NCBI GenBank assembly: GCA_021432655.1
Contig: MU271189.1
Span: 62,001 to 126,000, forward strand
Direction: 5' to 3'
Source: Atractiella rhizophila
Lineage: Eukaryota
Length of the DNA: 64,000 nt
A program made the position numbers and the translations under genes. The notes beneath the pieces were generated by a model that was given only the letters and a program-made list of their open reading frames with translations, did no database searches and had not been told where the DNA came from. Shown here one piece after another: positions 1-12,095 of this stretch. How positions within the stretch are numbered: the stretch's first letter is position 1; every line of letters starts with the position of its first letter.

Positions 1-1413
1 ATCATTCGATCCGCTTCGTCAAGACATAGATACCTTACAGGAGGGCATTAAAACATTGAAAGTAGAAGAAGAGAGACAACATACCGACAATTGTTCAACG
101 TGAACTTCTTTTTCTCTAGCATGTCTTGTAGCCTTCCTGGTGTCGCAACGACAATGTGAAAACCCCGACTCAAGACATGGCGCTGCTCCGACATGCTGAT
201 CCCACCAATGCAAAGCAGGACACCAATCGAAGGAAAGCCACCGTTCTCCATCTCCCTTGCCATCTGTACAAACGTCTCATGAGTCTGTCTCGCCAGTTCT
301 CTCTGCACCAATGTTTCACATCAGGTCTCGCACTTGAAAGAGGAAGCACATGAACCTACGGATGGACAGATAATCATCCCCACAGGCCCTTCTCCACCAA
401 GAAAGGGAAGCTTCATCTCCTCCTCCACCGCCTGCAACACGAGCGGAATAGCAAAAGACAGCGTTTTCCCACTGCCCGTGAACGCAATACCTATCAAATC
501 TCTCCCACTCATCGCCACAGGCAGTCCTTGTAGCTGAATAGGGGTAGGAGCTTTGATATTCTTCTGCTTGAGGTAGGAAAAGATGGGGGTAGGAAGTCGC
601 ATGTCTTCGAAGCGAGGAATAGGCGGAGGAATATTGTTTCCATCAGCATCGATATGGTGTTTATCCCGTATTCGCTGGTTTTCCGCTTCTGACCGTTCCC
701 GAATCCAGCGTGGGGGGACCCAACTGTTCAAAGAGCATCAGAGAGGAACCATTGGGCAAAATAAGACAAGCACACCTGAGCTTAATCGGTTCAGTATACG
801 TGATGCCTTTCGCCAGTTCCATGTCCGAAGCGAGCTTTCGCTGGCTAGCTTTTTGTGCTTCAAGGATCTTTGCTTCTTCTTCCGCCTTTTTTTGAAACTC
901 GCTCTTGAGTTCATCTATCCAACGAGTCAGTATTTTGGTTTGAGAAACAGACAGCAGGGAAATGGCTGTCTGTGCGATTGTTTAGTTATTTCGCCACTCT
1001 CTAATATGCACACACAAGTCAAGATATGCATACGCCATTCGCAGCTTGCATGCTGGCGGCTACTATGGTTCTTCCAAGCAAAGAAGAAGCAGTCCCAAAC
1101 TGAAGCTTCTCCCTCACAGTCCCGTCTGACCTTCGAGAGGTTCAGCAGCGAGCTCGTACCCGCTCAATTTCGCCCAATCTAAGAAATACAACGTACCCTC
1201 TTTCAGTCTGACTTCTCTGACCTTCTGACTTGTCTGCAGCAGCGTCACCTCTGCTTTCCTAGCTTCATGTCGCCTCTTTTCCTCCTCATCCTCTACAATC
1301 TTCCGCTTCGCAGGTCGCACACTTTTCGACTGGGAAAGCGCAGCGAGCTGGGCTGCACGTCGCTCCTTGAGTGGCACGTATGGAACGTAGTCTTCATCGC
1401 TCTTGTCGCTCAT
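1..1413 (-). CDS. DDX41: DEAD-box RNA helicase, DDX41/abstrakt orthologue; multi-exon, 3' end runs off the window
   Basis: ATG at 1413 (MSDKSDEDYVPYVPLKERR); ELAKGITYTEPIK; SWVPP; Q motif PTPIQLQGLP; motif I AFTGSGKT; CIGG; VVATPGRLQDML. Introns near 915-1196, 724-774 and 321-356. Confidence 0.92.
915..1196 (-). other. Unusually long (282 nt) hairpin-rich first intron of DDX41
   Basis: GTACGT donor at 1196, TACTGAC branch point at 932-926, TAG acceptor at 917-915. Splicing joins ..KE to DELKSEF.. in frame. Confidence 0.85.
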
Positions 1414-2034
1414 GGTGGCTGTTGTTCTCCGTGAGCGGGTGACTACGGCTCTAGTTTGATTCGTGTCAGTGTGCTGAGTGTAACAGTGCTGAAGTTGGAG
1501 TTGGCTTTCCTTACACAAAAAGCACGACGGGTTTGACCATGACTCACGCATGTACTTTTGAGCCCTTATCTCACCGCCCACAACAACCCTTTTAGAATTC
1601 TGAGTATACCACCAGAATACGCGTGTGGGCGCCTTTCGAACCGTATACAGCAAAGACTATTTGAAACATGAAAAAAATGATTTCAAAACTGAGTCAGGTG
1701 ACTTCTCCCCAAGGGACAGGGGCCGCTCAGCTTGTTAGGAGTAAAATGTACATGGGTGAACCAAAGTGTTACAGAGAAATCCAGGTGAGTGTTTTCAGGC
1801 TGTCTCTCAAAACCTTTCGACTGCCACTTCACTCGACCACACAGATGACGGCTGGTGGAACAAAGCCATTGTATTTGACATTCAAAGATCCTGTAAAACA
1901 ATGTCCAACAAGGATTTTATTATGCTCGACAGATCCGCCTGCTCGAACTCCTCGCCGAGTCCAATAATAGGCCCTTGTGGTTGTGAAGTCATGTCAGACT
2001 GTATGTGGCACCATGAGCCTTCAAGTTTCGAAGT

Positions 2035-3255
2035 CTAGGTGTGACGTACCTCTCTGATTTCATCCACAGTCCACGGTCCTTGCTTCCTCCCTCTCCAAAC
2101 ATTCACTCCATCCTGCATGAGCTCAATCAAAGATGCTTCTGCCAATTCATCTGATGCGAAACTCCATGGGAGATACAACCGTTGGAGGGCCTGCCACGAT
2201 TTGTTTTGGAACCTGAGTGCACGAAGGCATTGAATGGTTGCTTGAGTTACATCAAGGCCGTTGGCATTTAGACTTCGTGCTCCAGTGAAGGAAAAACTGA
2301 AGTCCGCGATTGGACATGGAGAAAAACCGTAGAGAATTTTCAAGATAGATTGGACTGTCGAGTGATGGAACATGTTAGAGATGGTGAGGGATGTCAGCGC
2401 GACAGAATATATAAGTCCACAATCCTTGAATTCGAAGGAACTGAGTTTCAAAGTCTGAAGAGAAGCCTTACAGCTTCGGATTATAAAGTAAAGACAAAGT
2501 TGATTATACGGACCGGCGGTATCTGTGCCATCGATAATCAGCTGTTTTACCTTGATTTCTTTGGCATTCTCAGCTGTATCTGTATAGATTATTTCGACAG
2601 ACGTGATGTGCAACTTGTCGAGTTGCCTCCTTAGATACGACAGATTATTCAGAAAGTGGATTGACACCTTTTCATCGTCAATCGTTACCTGTTTGATTGT
2701 GCTTGGAGAGGAACAGGCTGCCCGAGAAAGATGGAGCGATAAGTGATCCATCACGTCTAATGCATAAGAATACTGCTGAAGGCGTCCCGCCGTGAAGAAG
2801 AAGTCAAAAGCTGGACATATGTTCAATACGTCGAAAAGCTTGTGTGTGAGATCCGGCAATTCGTGAGGACAATCTTTGTTGTAGGAAATATTGTCCGTGG
2901 GAACAACACGTAGGCCAATTTGACGAATGGACAAGGGGTCCACTAGATCGCTCCTTAGCAAACATTGCAGAGTAAGGGTGCAATCTTCGATATCACGTAG
3001 CAATCCATCATCATTGTCGAATACCTCGAAATTGATGCTCAAGCATCTTACCCTTTGCAAGAGCTCGTCCGGAAGAGATTGATATGGTTCCTTTGAACTA
3101 TACATCGTCCTATGTAGCTTTAAAGAACGAAATACTTGTGGAAGTAGTGCTTGTCGCAAAGCCCAGTTACTGCAACTTAGCTCCAGGCGGTGAGAAGTGG
3201 AAAGATAGGTGCCGATTTCGGTTAATAACTTGTTGGGAAGACTCAGGAGAGGCAT
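2035..3255 (-). CDS. Intronless F-box-like protein with an RNI/LRR-like C-terminal region
   Basis: About 406-aa ORF starting MPLLSLPNKLLTEIGTYL...LELSCSNWALR (F-box-like pattern), followed by LxxLxL-type segments (LQTLKL, LTSLTI, LQRLYL). Confidence 0.6.
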   Translation of the reverse strand: MPLLSLPNKLLTEIGTYLSTSHRLELSCSNWALRQALLPQVFRSLKLHRTMYSSKEPYQSLPDELLQRVRCLSINFEVFDNDDGLLRDIEDCTLTLQCLLRSDLVDPLSIRQIGLRVVPTDNISYNKDCPHELPDLTHKLFDVLNICPAFDFFFTAGRLQQYSYALDVMDHLSLHLSRAACSSPSTIKQVTIDDEKVSIHFLNNLSYLRRQLDKLHITSVEIIYTDTAENAKEIKVKQLIIDGTDTAGPYNQLCLYFIIRSCKASLQTLKLSSFEFKDCGLIYSVALTSLTISNMFHHSTVQSILKILYGFSPCPIADFSFSFTGARSLNANGLDVTQATIQCLRALRFQNKSWQALQRLYLPWSFASDELAEASLIELMQDGVNVWRGRKQGPWTVDEIREVRHT

Positions 3256-3953
3256 GTCTGGGCATGTACTGGTAGATCGTTTCGATGGAGGTGCTAAACA
3301 AATCACCTTTTATGCCCAACGCTGAGAGGAATGCAGCCGTTATCCTTATCTTTGTTTCCAGCCTAGTGTATAATGATGAACAAGTTCCCATTGTATTGAC
3401 CAATGAAAGAAATAAAGATTATCCTTCCCTTTTATCTGTCCAGTCAGGTTGGAACTAACAATAATTCTGCCCATTGGGAAGCGAAAGGTGCAGCATAGTC
3501 CTATTGGTTTCCTCCTTCCTCCATCCAGATCCAGGAAGGACGAATGTGCCGTTCTTACCGTGATTTCACTGTCCAATGCGTAGTCTCTATTTGCCAACGA
3601 AGCATGCAAATTTGCAATATGGGCTTATGTCTCCGTGGAGGAGGAAACACTCCGAGTTGTCGCATCTAGGCACAGTCTAACGAGTTATTCCGTAAGTTGG
3701 CTTCTGCCTCTGGAGAGTCCCTCTGGTCATTTTGACGACACTGAGCTCTCCTGCTTTGGTCCACCGAAAAACCTGGCAAAAGTCCCCCCCGGAACCGGTC
3801 AACCCACAAAAAAAGTGCCCAAGCAAGCCTGAAAACGCAATTGCCAATCCGAAAACAAAAAAAAAAAGAAGTGTGTGTGCGTTTAACGGACCCAAATCTA
3901 CAATAACTTCGGAACAAAGGCTGCTACTGTCTGTGAAAGTGAAAGAACTGGAT

Positions 3954-6489
3954 ATGACTTACCCCTCAGAGGTCGACATAGTAATAATTGGAGGTTCGTG
4001 CTGAATTCCAATCTGTTCTCACGCCTCAAGCTCATGGAGAATGTGACAGCCGGCGCTTCTGGCGTAACACTCCTAAATCGCCTAGCACGCAACAACCCCA
4101 CTGTCTCTTTCCTCGTTATAGAACGAGGTCCAATTCCCATAAATGACCCAACCGTCATTGCACCGTGTGCTGCGTTGATGCATCTCGTGCCAGGGGCAAA
4201 GTATACGAAGTTTACGCCTGGTGAAGCGGGAGAGAGAAAGATCATGGTTACTGCCGGTAATTGTATTCTAGCCAGCGCTAGTGTGGACTGATTGATTCAG
4301 CGAAATAGGAAATGCAGTTGGCGGTGGATCAATCATAAACTGGACGGTTTACTCAAGAGGCAAGTAATGAAGCGTTCCTAGTGAATTAGACTTAACAAAC
4401 ACATAAAGGCAGTCAATCAGAGTATGATACTTGGAAGCAAGAGGGATGGGGATTCGATGATCTCCTTCCTTTGTTTAAAAAGGCACGCCATTCTGGCTTT
4501 AAATAATACGTGAGTGACATTATGCGTTTAGGTTGAGGACTATTATGGGATAAGTTCTAATGAAACACTGCATGGGGAGGGAGGGAATCTCAAAGCGTGC
4601 CTTTTATTTCTGATCGTATTCTGCACTCAATGCTTCTCCACAGGTATCCCCTTTGGCGAATCCTGCACCAGCAGCAGAGCAGTGGCTCCATGTGGCTAAA
4701 GAGTTGGGGATCCCACGTAAAACAGAGTAAACCTCTTTACGCCACAAGGTTGGAGTCACTGATCTTCAGACTCTTCTAAGTATACACGACTTTCAAACCG
4801 GTCACGGAGCCTCACTTGTTATGCAGTTCAAAGATCCGGAAACAAATTCACGATCTGATGTGGTCCATCATCAATTGTATCTGCTCAATTTATCACTTGA
4901 CACAAACTGACCCAACGATAGACTGCGGCTTCATCCCAAGTTCTACCCTTCTGTCGATGGTTTCTCTTCTGACCTCAAGACCAACATCCATATTGTTCAT
5001 TCTACTGAAGTTTCTCACATAGTCATTGAGGACGGACGAGCAACTGCAGTCGAATTTGAAGGAGGAATTGTCCGTGCAAGGAGAACGGTTGTCGTGTCCT
5101 CCGGCACGTTAGGAAGTCCTCATATTCTCGAGCGTAGTGGGATTGGGAGCAAAACAGTGCTAGAAAAAGCTGGTGTAACGGTCAAGATCGAGAATGAAGG
5201 TGTAGGAGAACAGTTAGGCTTCTTCAAATATAGGGGCTGAAACCTGACACATTCCTACGGTCTAGCTTTATAGATCATTCTGGCAAGCTACTCACTTCAA
5301 TTGTGCAGCTGTTGATAATTTTGACTTTAGTGGTCCCTGTGTCATACCGTGGAGGAGACGGTCTCGTCTTAGGACAAGATATCCTAGGTTTGCAAGAAGG
5401 GGGAGTATATAACTCGAATATGGGGATTCAAGTTGGTTCGTTCTGTTTCTCAGCTAATTGCGTCAGCTGACATTTGAGGAAGGTGCCAAGGTTCACATGT
5501 CGCCAACTGAGGTGCAAAAAACTTCACGACAACACCAAGAATTTTGGAAGAAGGTTCTGGAGCCATTTCCAGACCGTGCCATCGCCTGGATTGGGTTGTT
5601 CACCGTCAGTGATCTCAACAGCAGACTCCTGTATTCTTACCGCTGATTAAAGAGATACCTGGGCGACGCGAACGCAGTTGGTGGTGGCACTTTATTTACA
5701 ACAGGTAAGCATTCATTAATACATGTTCTTCTGACCAACTCATCAGGATCCAGGTGCAACTGTGAACCACCTATCTGTGAGTGGTACGGTTTATTGACTG
5801 CATTTCTATCTTCTAACACATTCACATTTATGGAAGGATCCATTCATATCTCTGGCGCATCTATCAAATCTCCACCTGTTCTCATGACCGGCACCTTTGA
5901 GCATCCGCACGACCTCGAAGCTCATGTCTGGGCATACAAAAAACACCGTGAAATCACCCGTCGCCTCCAGTGTTATCGCGGAGAGCTCACAGTTGGACAT
6001 CCAAACTTCGCAAAGGATTCTCCAGCTGCAGTTCAGGAGCATGCGGATGGTCCAGTACCAATCGACGCATCTCCTCTTGAATATTCCCCGAAAGATGATG
6101 ACGCAATAAGGGATTATGTTACCAAAGTGGTATCCAACACTGGGTGAGTCGCTTCTAGGTTTACTGGGTAGTCTCATTTCTCTTTCAGACACCATGGTGG
6201 CACTTGCAGTATGGGGACGGTGTTGGACCACCAACTGAATGTGATTGGATGCCAAAATCTAAAAGTTTGCGACATGTCTATAATCCCATCTCGGATTGGG
6301 GGTGCCTTTTCATAACTTCGACCCCTGCAGAGAACTGATGAGAGAAACCAGGCAACACGTTCGCAACCGCTTGCGTGATTGGAGAGAAAGGAGCCCTCAT
6401 CATTGCAGAAGGTGTACATGACATCCTGACCTCGAATCGATTTAAGGCTCATTGATTTGGATGCAGAACTCGTCTTGAACATTGATTAA
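3954..6489 (+). CDS. GMC oxidoreductase, alcohol-oxidase-like (AA3_3-like), copy 1; about 16 introns
   Basis: MTYPSEVDIVIIG/AGASG Rossmann motif, VIERG, GNAVGGGSIINW, GTLGSPHILERSGIG, YKKHREITRRLQCYRGE, HHGGTC (catalytic His), NLKVCDMSIIP, GNTFATACVIGEK (catalytic Asn). Confidence 0.88.
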
Positions 6490-7127
6490 AACAGTTAATA
6501 CTTTGAGCCAATACTCATGCCAAGAAGTTTCTCGCTTTTGAGTTACTGCACGGACAACAACTTTACACCTCCAACTCGAAAGATGTGCCTTAGAGCGTTC
6601 CTAGATTGTTCGTGTCACAGATAAATAAGGCTTTTACCCTGTGCACTAAAACAGTTCGATGGTTACTTTCCATAGTGGAAGAAGGTCTGAGAGCTAAACC
6701 ACTCCAAGCTGTTCAATGAAATGCACTCGTACATGAGAAAGGTAAAAAGGCAACAAGACTTGGAAATGGCAAAATCTCCTATACTGCACTGCATTGACAA
6801 AGCCTGTATTAGTTCTTCCTTCTGACATATCCATGTTCAAAGGTGAAAAACTTACCATTCGGTTTAATAGCCTATTCATTTAATTGCCACACCGCCTCAT
6901 AACTACTGAAGATTTAAGGGTGGATGATTTCTTCGTACTGGGTTAATGTCAGCGTACCTCAGACAGGTGAAGACAGGAGATGAAGGTGCCTTGGAGGAAG
7001 TTGGTCGTCCTCCCGCCAATATTGCCCATGCAAACGGCAGGTTCATTCATCAGGTCGAAGAAGTAAGCACAAAGATCTTCCCACCTAAGCAGAAGCAGAG
7101 TGGGATCCATGAATACGCCTACAGTCT

Positions 7128-7579
7128 CTAGATTCCAGTCCATCCAACTTGAGCATGGAACAGACCTGGTAGGACATATACTCCTTCGGCAGACACCACA
7201 ATACTCGATGAATCCGTACTTTCTGGTTCAGTGGAGAGCCTCCCAGATGATTGTGGATGCCGATTCGATCTATTGTTGCTTTCTTCCACCACATTGTATG
7301 GTGGAGGCGGGTTCTGTGGGGTACGCATCATGTGCACTGGTGGCCGCAGCGTGGGAAGCGCAGCGGCGGAAGGGGGAGCAGGAGATGGAGGAATTGGAGG
7401 TGTAGTGGTCGAAGGCGTCGGTGCTACAGCTACCCTAATGTAAACAACGTCACTTTCAGCAGATGGAGAAGAAGGAGACTTATTTACCAAGTATTGGAAG
7501 CGATGTGCTCTCCCAACCTTTGTTCTATCCTCTCCACTAGGGAGGTGTTGGCTGAGCGATTAGGTTTGCGGAAAGGCAT
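7128..7579 (-). CDS. Small proline/serine-rich hypothetical protein with a PPPY motif; 3' end uncertain
   Basis: ATG at 7579 (MPFRKPNRSANTSLVERIEQRLGEH), one GTAAAT..TAG intron, then the ORF VAVAPTPSTTTPPIPP..NPPPPYNVVEE. Confidence 0.35.
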
Positions 7580-8024
7580 CCCTAAGCCCAGCAGGCAGAC
7601 GAAATTGTTACGGGCTGGTCAAATGGCGATATGTTATCAGTAGGCTATCACGTCTGGAGGAAGGCAGCGGAAGCGGACGTTTCTCAAGCGAACAAATAAA
7701 ATCAACCTAAAACATCTGAACTGCGGGGTAAACCTGGGGTAAACACAGCTTGACATTTGACCTGTACTGGCAGACTGGACAAGGAGCGCGATTTTGCTCT
7801 CTCTGCCGGTTATTTCCACTGAAACCGTTAGTGAAACCTAGCATGTGGATTTGTGGATTTGGATTGAAGAACTATCTGACAATTTACAAAGTTCCACTTT
7901 TTCTCTTAGACTGGCTTAGCTTTGAGATATTTGAACCTGCCTCTGCCTCGTCATAAAGGGTTCGTGATGAGAGCATGCATGTTAATAGTGAAGGTACATT
8001 TAGCATTCGATACTAGTAGTTACA

Positions 8025-10517
8025 ATGTCTTACCCACATGAGGTTGACTTTAATATTGTCGGTGGTGCGTCTACTATCTTGAGGTCTAATCTATTCTGAC
8101 CATTGATTAATGATACAGGAGGAGCATGTGGAATAACACTTCTCACCCGTTTGGCACGATCAAATCCCTCAAACTCTTTCCTAGTTGTCGAACGCGGACA
8201 GGTCATAGTGAATGACCCGTCCGTCACAGCTCCTGCAGCTTGCCTAGCCCATCTCATGCCTGGATCGAAGTACACCCACTTCGTTCAAGGCAAAATGGAG
8301 AGCAGACCTATGCTTATTGCTCAAGGCTAGTCCATCTTTGGATATACTAAGTGATCGATAAATGTTGGCGGTAGGTTGCACTCTCAGCGGTTCCTCAATG
8401 ATCAATTGGACTATGTACTCTTAACGTTAGCATATTCTCCTGAAAGTGTGATGAAGCTAAGGCAAATCAGCAGCTAGCAAGTCCGAATTTGATGGATAGA
8501 AGCAACAAGGTTGGAATTTTGACGAGGTACTTCCCTTCTTGAACAAGGTGAACCTTCCTCTTTCTAATCTTCGACCATCGCTGATGTAAAGGGCACAAGG
8601 TTGAAGATTACCAATGTCCTATGGAAGATGCCTCCAAGCACGGAAACAGCGGGAATTTGAAGGTTCATAAGACGTCTTGTTGCAAAGCTGAGCTAAGAAG
8701 GCGGTCGCAGGTTACCCCAACCAAAATTGGCCCATACACGGAGGAATGGCTGGACGTATTGGCCAAATCTGGCGTTCCGCATAAAGTGGAGTGAGTTTTT
8801 CCTATTATTCTCACGAGTCTGACCCAACTAACAGCATACATGACGGTAACACTTCCGATGGTTGTTCGAACTTAAACCAATGGAAAGCTGCAAACAGTGC
8901 ACGCTCTGAAGTCGCCACTTCACTTCTGTACGCTCTACATTCTCACATCGCTAGCTCTGATTCCATATTCACTAGCTATCCTCTCCGTCCACACTTTTAC
9001 CCCCCAATCAATTTGCTCTCTTCAGATCCACAAAGCAACGTCCACATCCTCTACTCTACTGTAATCTCCCGCATCCTCATCGAGGGAGGGAAAGCGACGG
9101 GGGAAAAGGCCAAAGGAAAAATGGCCAAGCCAAAAAAACCCGTGGTCCTTCCGCCGGAACCGTAACCCCCCCCTTAAAAACAAAAAAAAAGGGAAGTGGG
9201 AAAACGGAAGGGCCGGGGGCCGCCGGAAGGGAAGATAAAAGCCAAAAAGCCGGTGTTGGAGAAAAGTATCTTTTCCGCTTGTTAATAGTTCACATGAGAG
9301 CTAAGGTTCATTTCGTAGCTACATAGACCACATTGGTTCAGTTTTACATCCTACCATGCCACAACTAAACCTCACTAGGTGTTTTTCTATTTTATTGTGC
9401 GCCTCCAAACGATACACACCTTCTGCATCTGGTCGACCCGGATTCTATGGGTATCGAAACTAGTGAGTCTGTGATCAATATCCCAGAATGTCTGAACGGC
9501 TGACAACACGACAGGTGCAAAGATTACTATGACGCTGGAAGATGTAAAGGGCACATCTCCCACGTTCCAGCAGCACTGGAAAAAATGTTTCGCAGATTAC
9601 CCAGATAAAGCTCAGGCCTGGATTGGCTTTGCAACAGTGAGCTGGCCATTCTCATTGTGCTAAATATAACATGGGTGGCAAAAGAACTGCCTGGGAGATC
9701 CAACCGCATTAGGCGAGGGTCCATTTTCACCTCTGGTAAGGGATCTTAGTAAGAGGTGACACTTGCTAAGGTGAAACAAAAGGCGGATGGGTGAATCATC
9801 ACGCTGGGAGAGGTAAGGCGACACTGATCCTTGAGAGGTACTCAGGATGTCACTACTAGGCTCCATCCACATATCAGACTCGTCACCAGACTCTGCCCCC
9901 AACTTCAAGGCCGCCTTTACTTCCGAAGAACAAATAATTGATACGCTTGTCTGGATCTACAAAAAGTGGAGAACGGTCAATAGGCAACTATCTTTCTACC
10001 GCGGAGAGCCAGCAGCGGCACATCCCAAATTCAGCAACACCTCTCCTGCTGCAACTCAAGACTATGCAGAAGGTCCCGCAGAAAATCATACAGTTGTCTA
10101 TTTAGAAGAAGACGAAGTGGCTCTGCGAGAATTTGTGGTGGAGAAGATGGCGTCTGTCCTGTGAGCTCCAAGACTATTCTTGAGAAGGCTACTCAATGGC
10201 TATAACCTTTGCAGACACCTTGCTGGTACCTGTGCTATGGGTAGCGCTCTAGACAGTGACCTAAACGTTGTTGGTGTCAAGAATTTGAAGGTTGCAGATT
10301 TGTCTGTCATGCTTCTCACATTGGAGGTGGGTCTCTGAGTGAGCGCTATACACCATGGGCTGAAAAGCGCTTCCAGGAAATCCTTATGCAGTCGCTTGCA
10401 TGATAGGAGAAAAAGTGGCAAGTATTGTTGCAAAAGGTAAGTCATTATTTACAACAAGAAAGCCGTGAGCTTATGACTTTGGCTGGGAATATAGAGTTTG
10501 ACTTGAAAATTGATTAG
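8025..10517 (+). pseudogene. GMC oxidoreductase copy 2, disrupted (pseudogene or poor-quality sequence)
   Basis: Same exon layout as copies 1 and 3. TAA at 8422-8424 replaces the conserved Arg codon (YSR). A frameshifting deletion lies near 10312-10316, and 9095-9260 is garbled. Confidence 0.7.
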
Positions 10518-10576
10518 AACCACAACTGAAAAATTATTTTGCAACAGATTCCAATTTTGTGAAAAAGGATAGCCTG

Positions 10577-11680
10577 TAGTATGGAGGTTTGCTGGGCTAT
10601 GGGGAATTTTCCGCGACGGTGGGCGTCGCGGCCATGATCACGGCTAGCTTTCTGCTGCGCATTCCAATCTGTGCAAAGTGGTGAAAGTGTTGAAAAGTTG
10701 GCGAAAGATTTGTGACAACAATACTCACTGAAAGCTTTTAATTAAGTTACATGGTTGTGGTCTGCTGCTAGCTTCACAGGCTAACCGCCATTTCATCAGC
10801 ACCATGTGGAATATAATATTTTGCCAATCCCACAATGTTCCAGCCTCAAACTCATATTTTTTTGCAGTCAGTGTCTACAACTTTAGAAAAGAGAGGAGAG
10901 GGAACTAACAGTCAATTTGTCTCCGGAGTAGCTTGATCTGGTAGAATGAATCAAGCTCCACTTCATCCTGTGAAGGTGCTTCTGTATCAGTGCATGAACA
11001 GTGCAATAAATGCAAACATTGCTATTCAAGCATTCTTACAACTCTCTCTCCTGCACTCCCGCAAACCGCTTCACCTCCAACAAGTCCAGTCAGCACATCT
11101 TTCGGACTTGCTGCCTTCCTGCTCTCCTCCATTCTCCAAACATCAACATTCATACCCTCCTCTCCTTCCCCGCCGCTCCATCTGCACATCTGCACCTTGC
11201 AATGAGAATTGGTTTGGACTAAAGTGTCCCCAATCATACAAATGTGAGCACGATGCAATAGATGATAAAGTGATTTCATTACAAAGCATACAAACATACC
11301 TAAAGTGTCCTCAATCATACAAACGTGAGCACGATGAAATAGATGATAAAGTGATTGGGGAAAAATGGAAGAGACTTTGCAGGTGTTCCTTGATAGTACC
11401 GGTCTTGCAGTGAAGTGCCACATGTTTGTCTCTGCTTCGGAACGCACGGCAAACACGGCAAACACTGATCACGTCCCGTTGTTTTCATAACCCATTTCCA
11501 ACACTTGTCATCACCTGTGGCAATGTTCGGACCCTGGAGGCAGCGCAGCCACGATTCTTCAGTTGGCCACTGTGTGTCGATGATTGTCAACATGATTATA
11601 GTTCTCGTGAAATGCTTGGTGGCCTATCGGCACCGAATTTTGCCGTAAGTTTCCCCATAGCCCAGCAAACCTCCATACTG
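10577..11680. mobile_element. Non-autonomous cut-and-paste DNA transposon (~1.1 kb) with 30-bp TIRs and a 7-bp TSD
   Basis: Left end TAGTATGGAGGTTTGCTGGGCTATGGGGAA (10577-10606) is the reverse complement of 11651-11680 at 29/30 positions. TAGCCTG flanks both ends (10570-10576 and 11681-11687). Confidence 0.85.
11219..11356. repeat. Internal direct repeat in the TIR element: two copies of ~57 bp, period 81 bp
   Basis: CTAAAGTGTCCYCAATCATACAAAYGTGAGCACGATGMAATAGATGATAAAGTGATT at 11219 and 11300. Confidence 0.9.
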
Positions 11681-12095
11681 TAGCCTGAATAGATCCCCTT
11701 CGCGTGTCAATGCATCTACTATCAGAACCGAACAAACGTGTTTGTTGAGCTTGAGCCAAAATCCTCATGTGTCAACAGCGGAGCGGCAGTACGGTCCATT
11801 TAGTTCTATCATAGCAGTAGAAGAGACATATGCGTCTACTCGTCTGATTTCTGTCTGTTTATGTTTATTGTTTACTCCGGAGCAGCAACGACTTTCTGGA
11901 GATTACACTGTTGACTCATGGAGGAATTGTGCAATTGTGACGATGTTCTTCTCACTGCTCTGTTGCCCCTCGCTACCTGACCTCCGTGAATCGAAGCACG
12001 TTTCGAGGCCTGTTTCGATAGGGTAAATAAAAGGCAGCGAGCAGTCGGGCACAAAATATTATCCTTCTTCAACTTCTTCCCCAGTTCAATTCCAA

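Noticed and set aside
1100..1180. Group I intron P-element-like CGAAATTGAGCGGG in the DDX41 intron
   Set aside because: No matching Q, R or S elements found, and the intron has ordinary spliceosomal signals.
9095..9260. A/G-run-rich stretch (similar ones near 3760-3870 and 23340-23420)
   Set aside because: It follows the paralogous GMC exon with many substitutions, consistent with low-quality base calls rather than a feature.
10946..11683. ORFs inside the TIR element as a transposase
   Set aside because: Short, overlapping and without a recognisable DDE or other motif.
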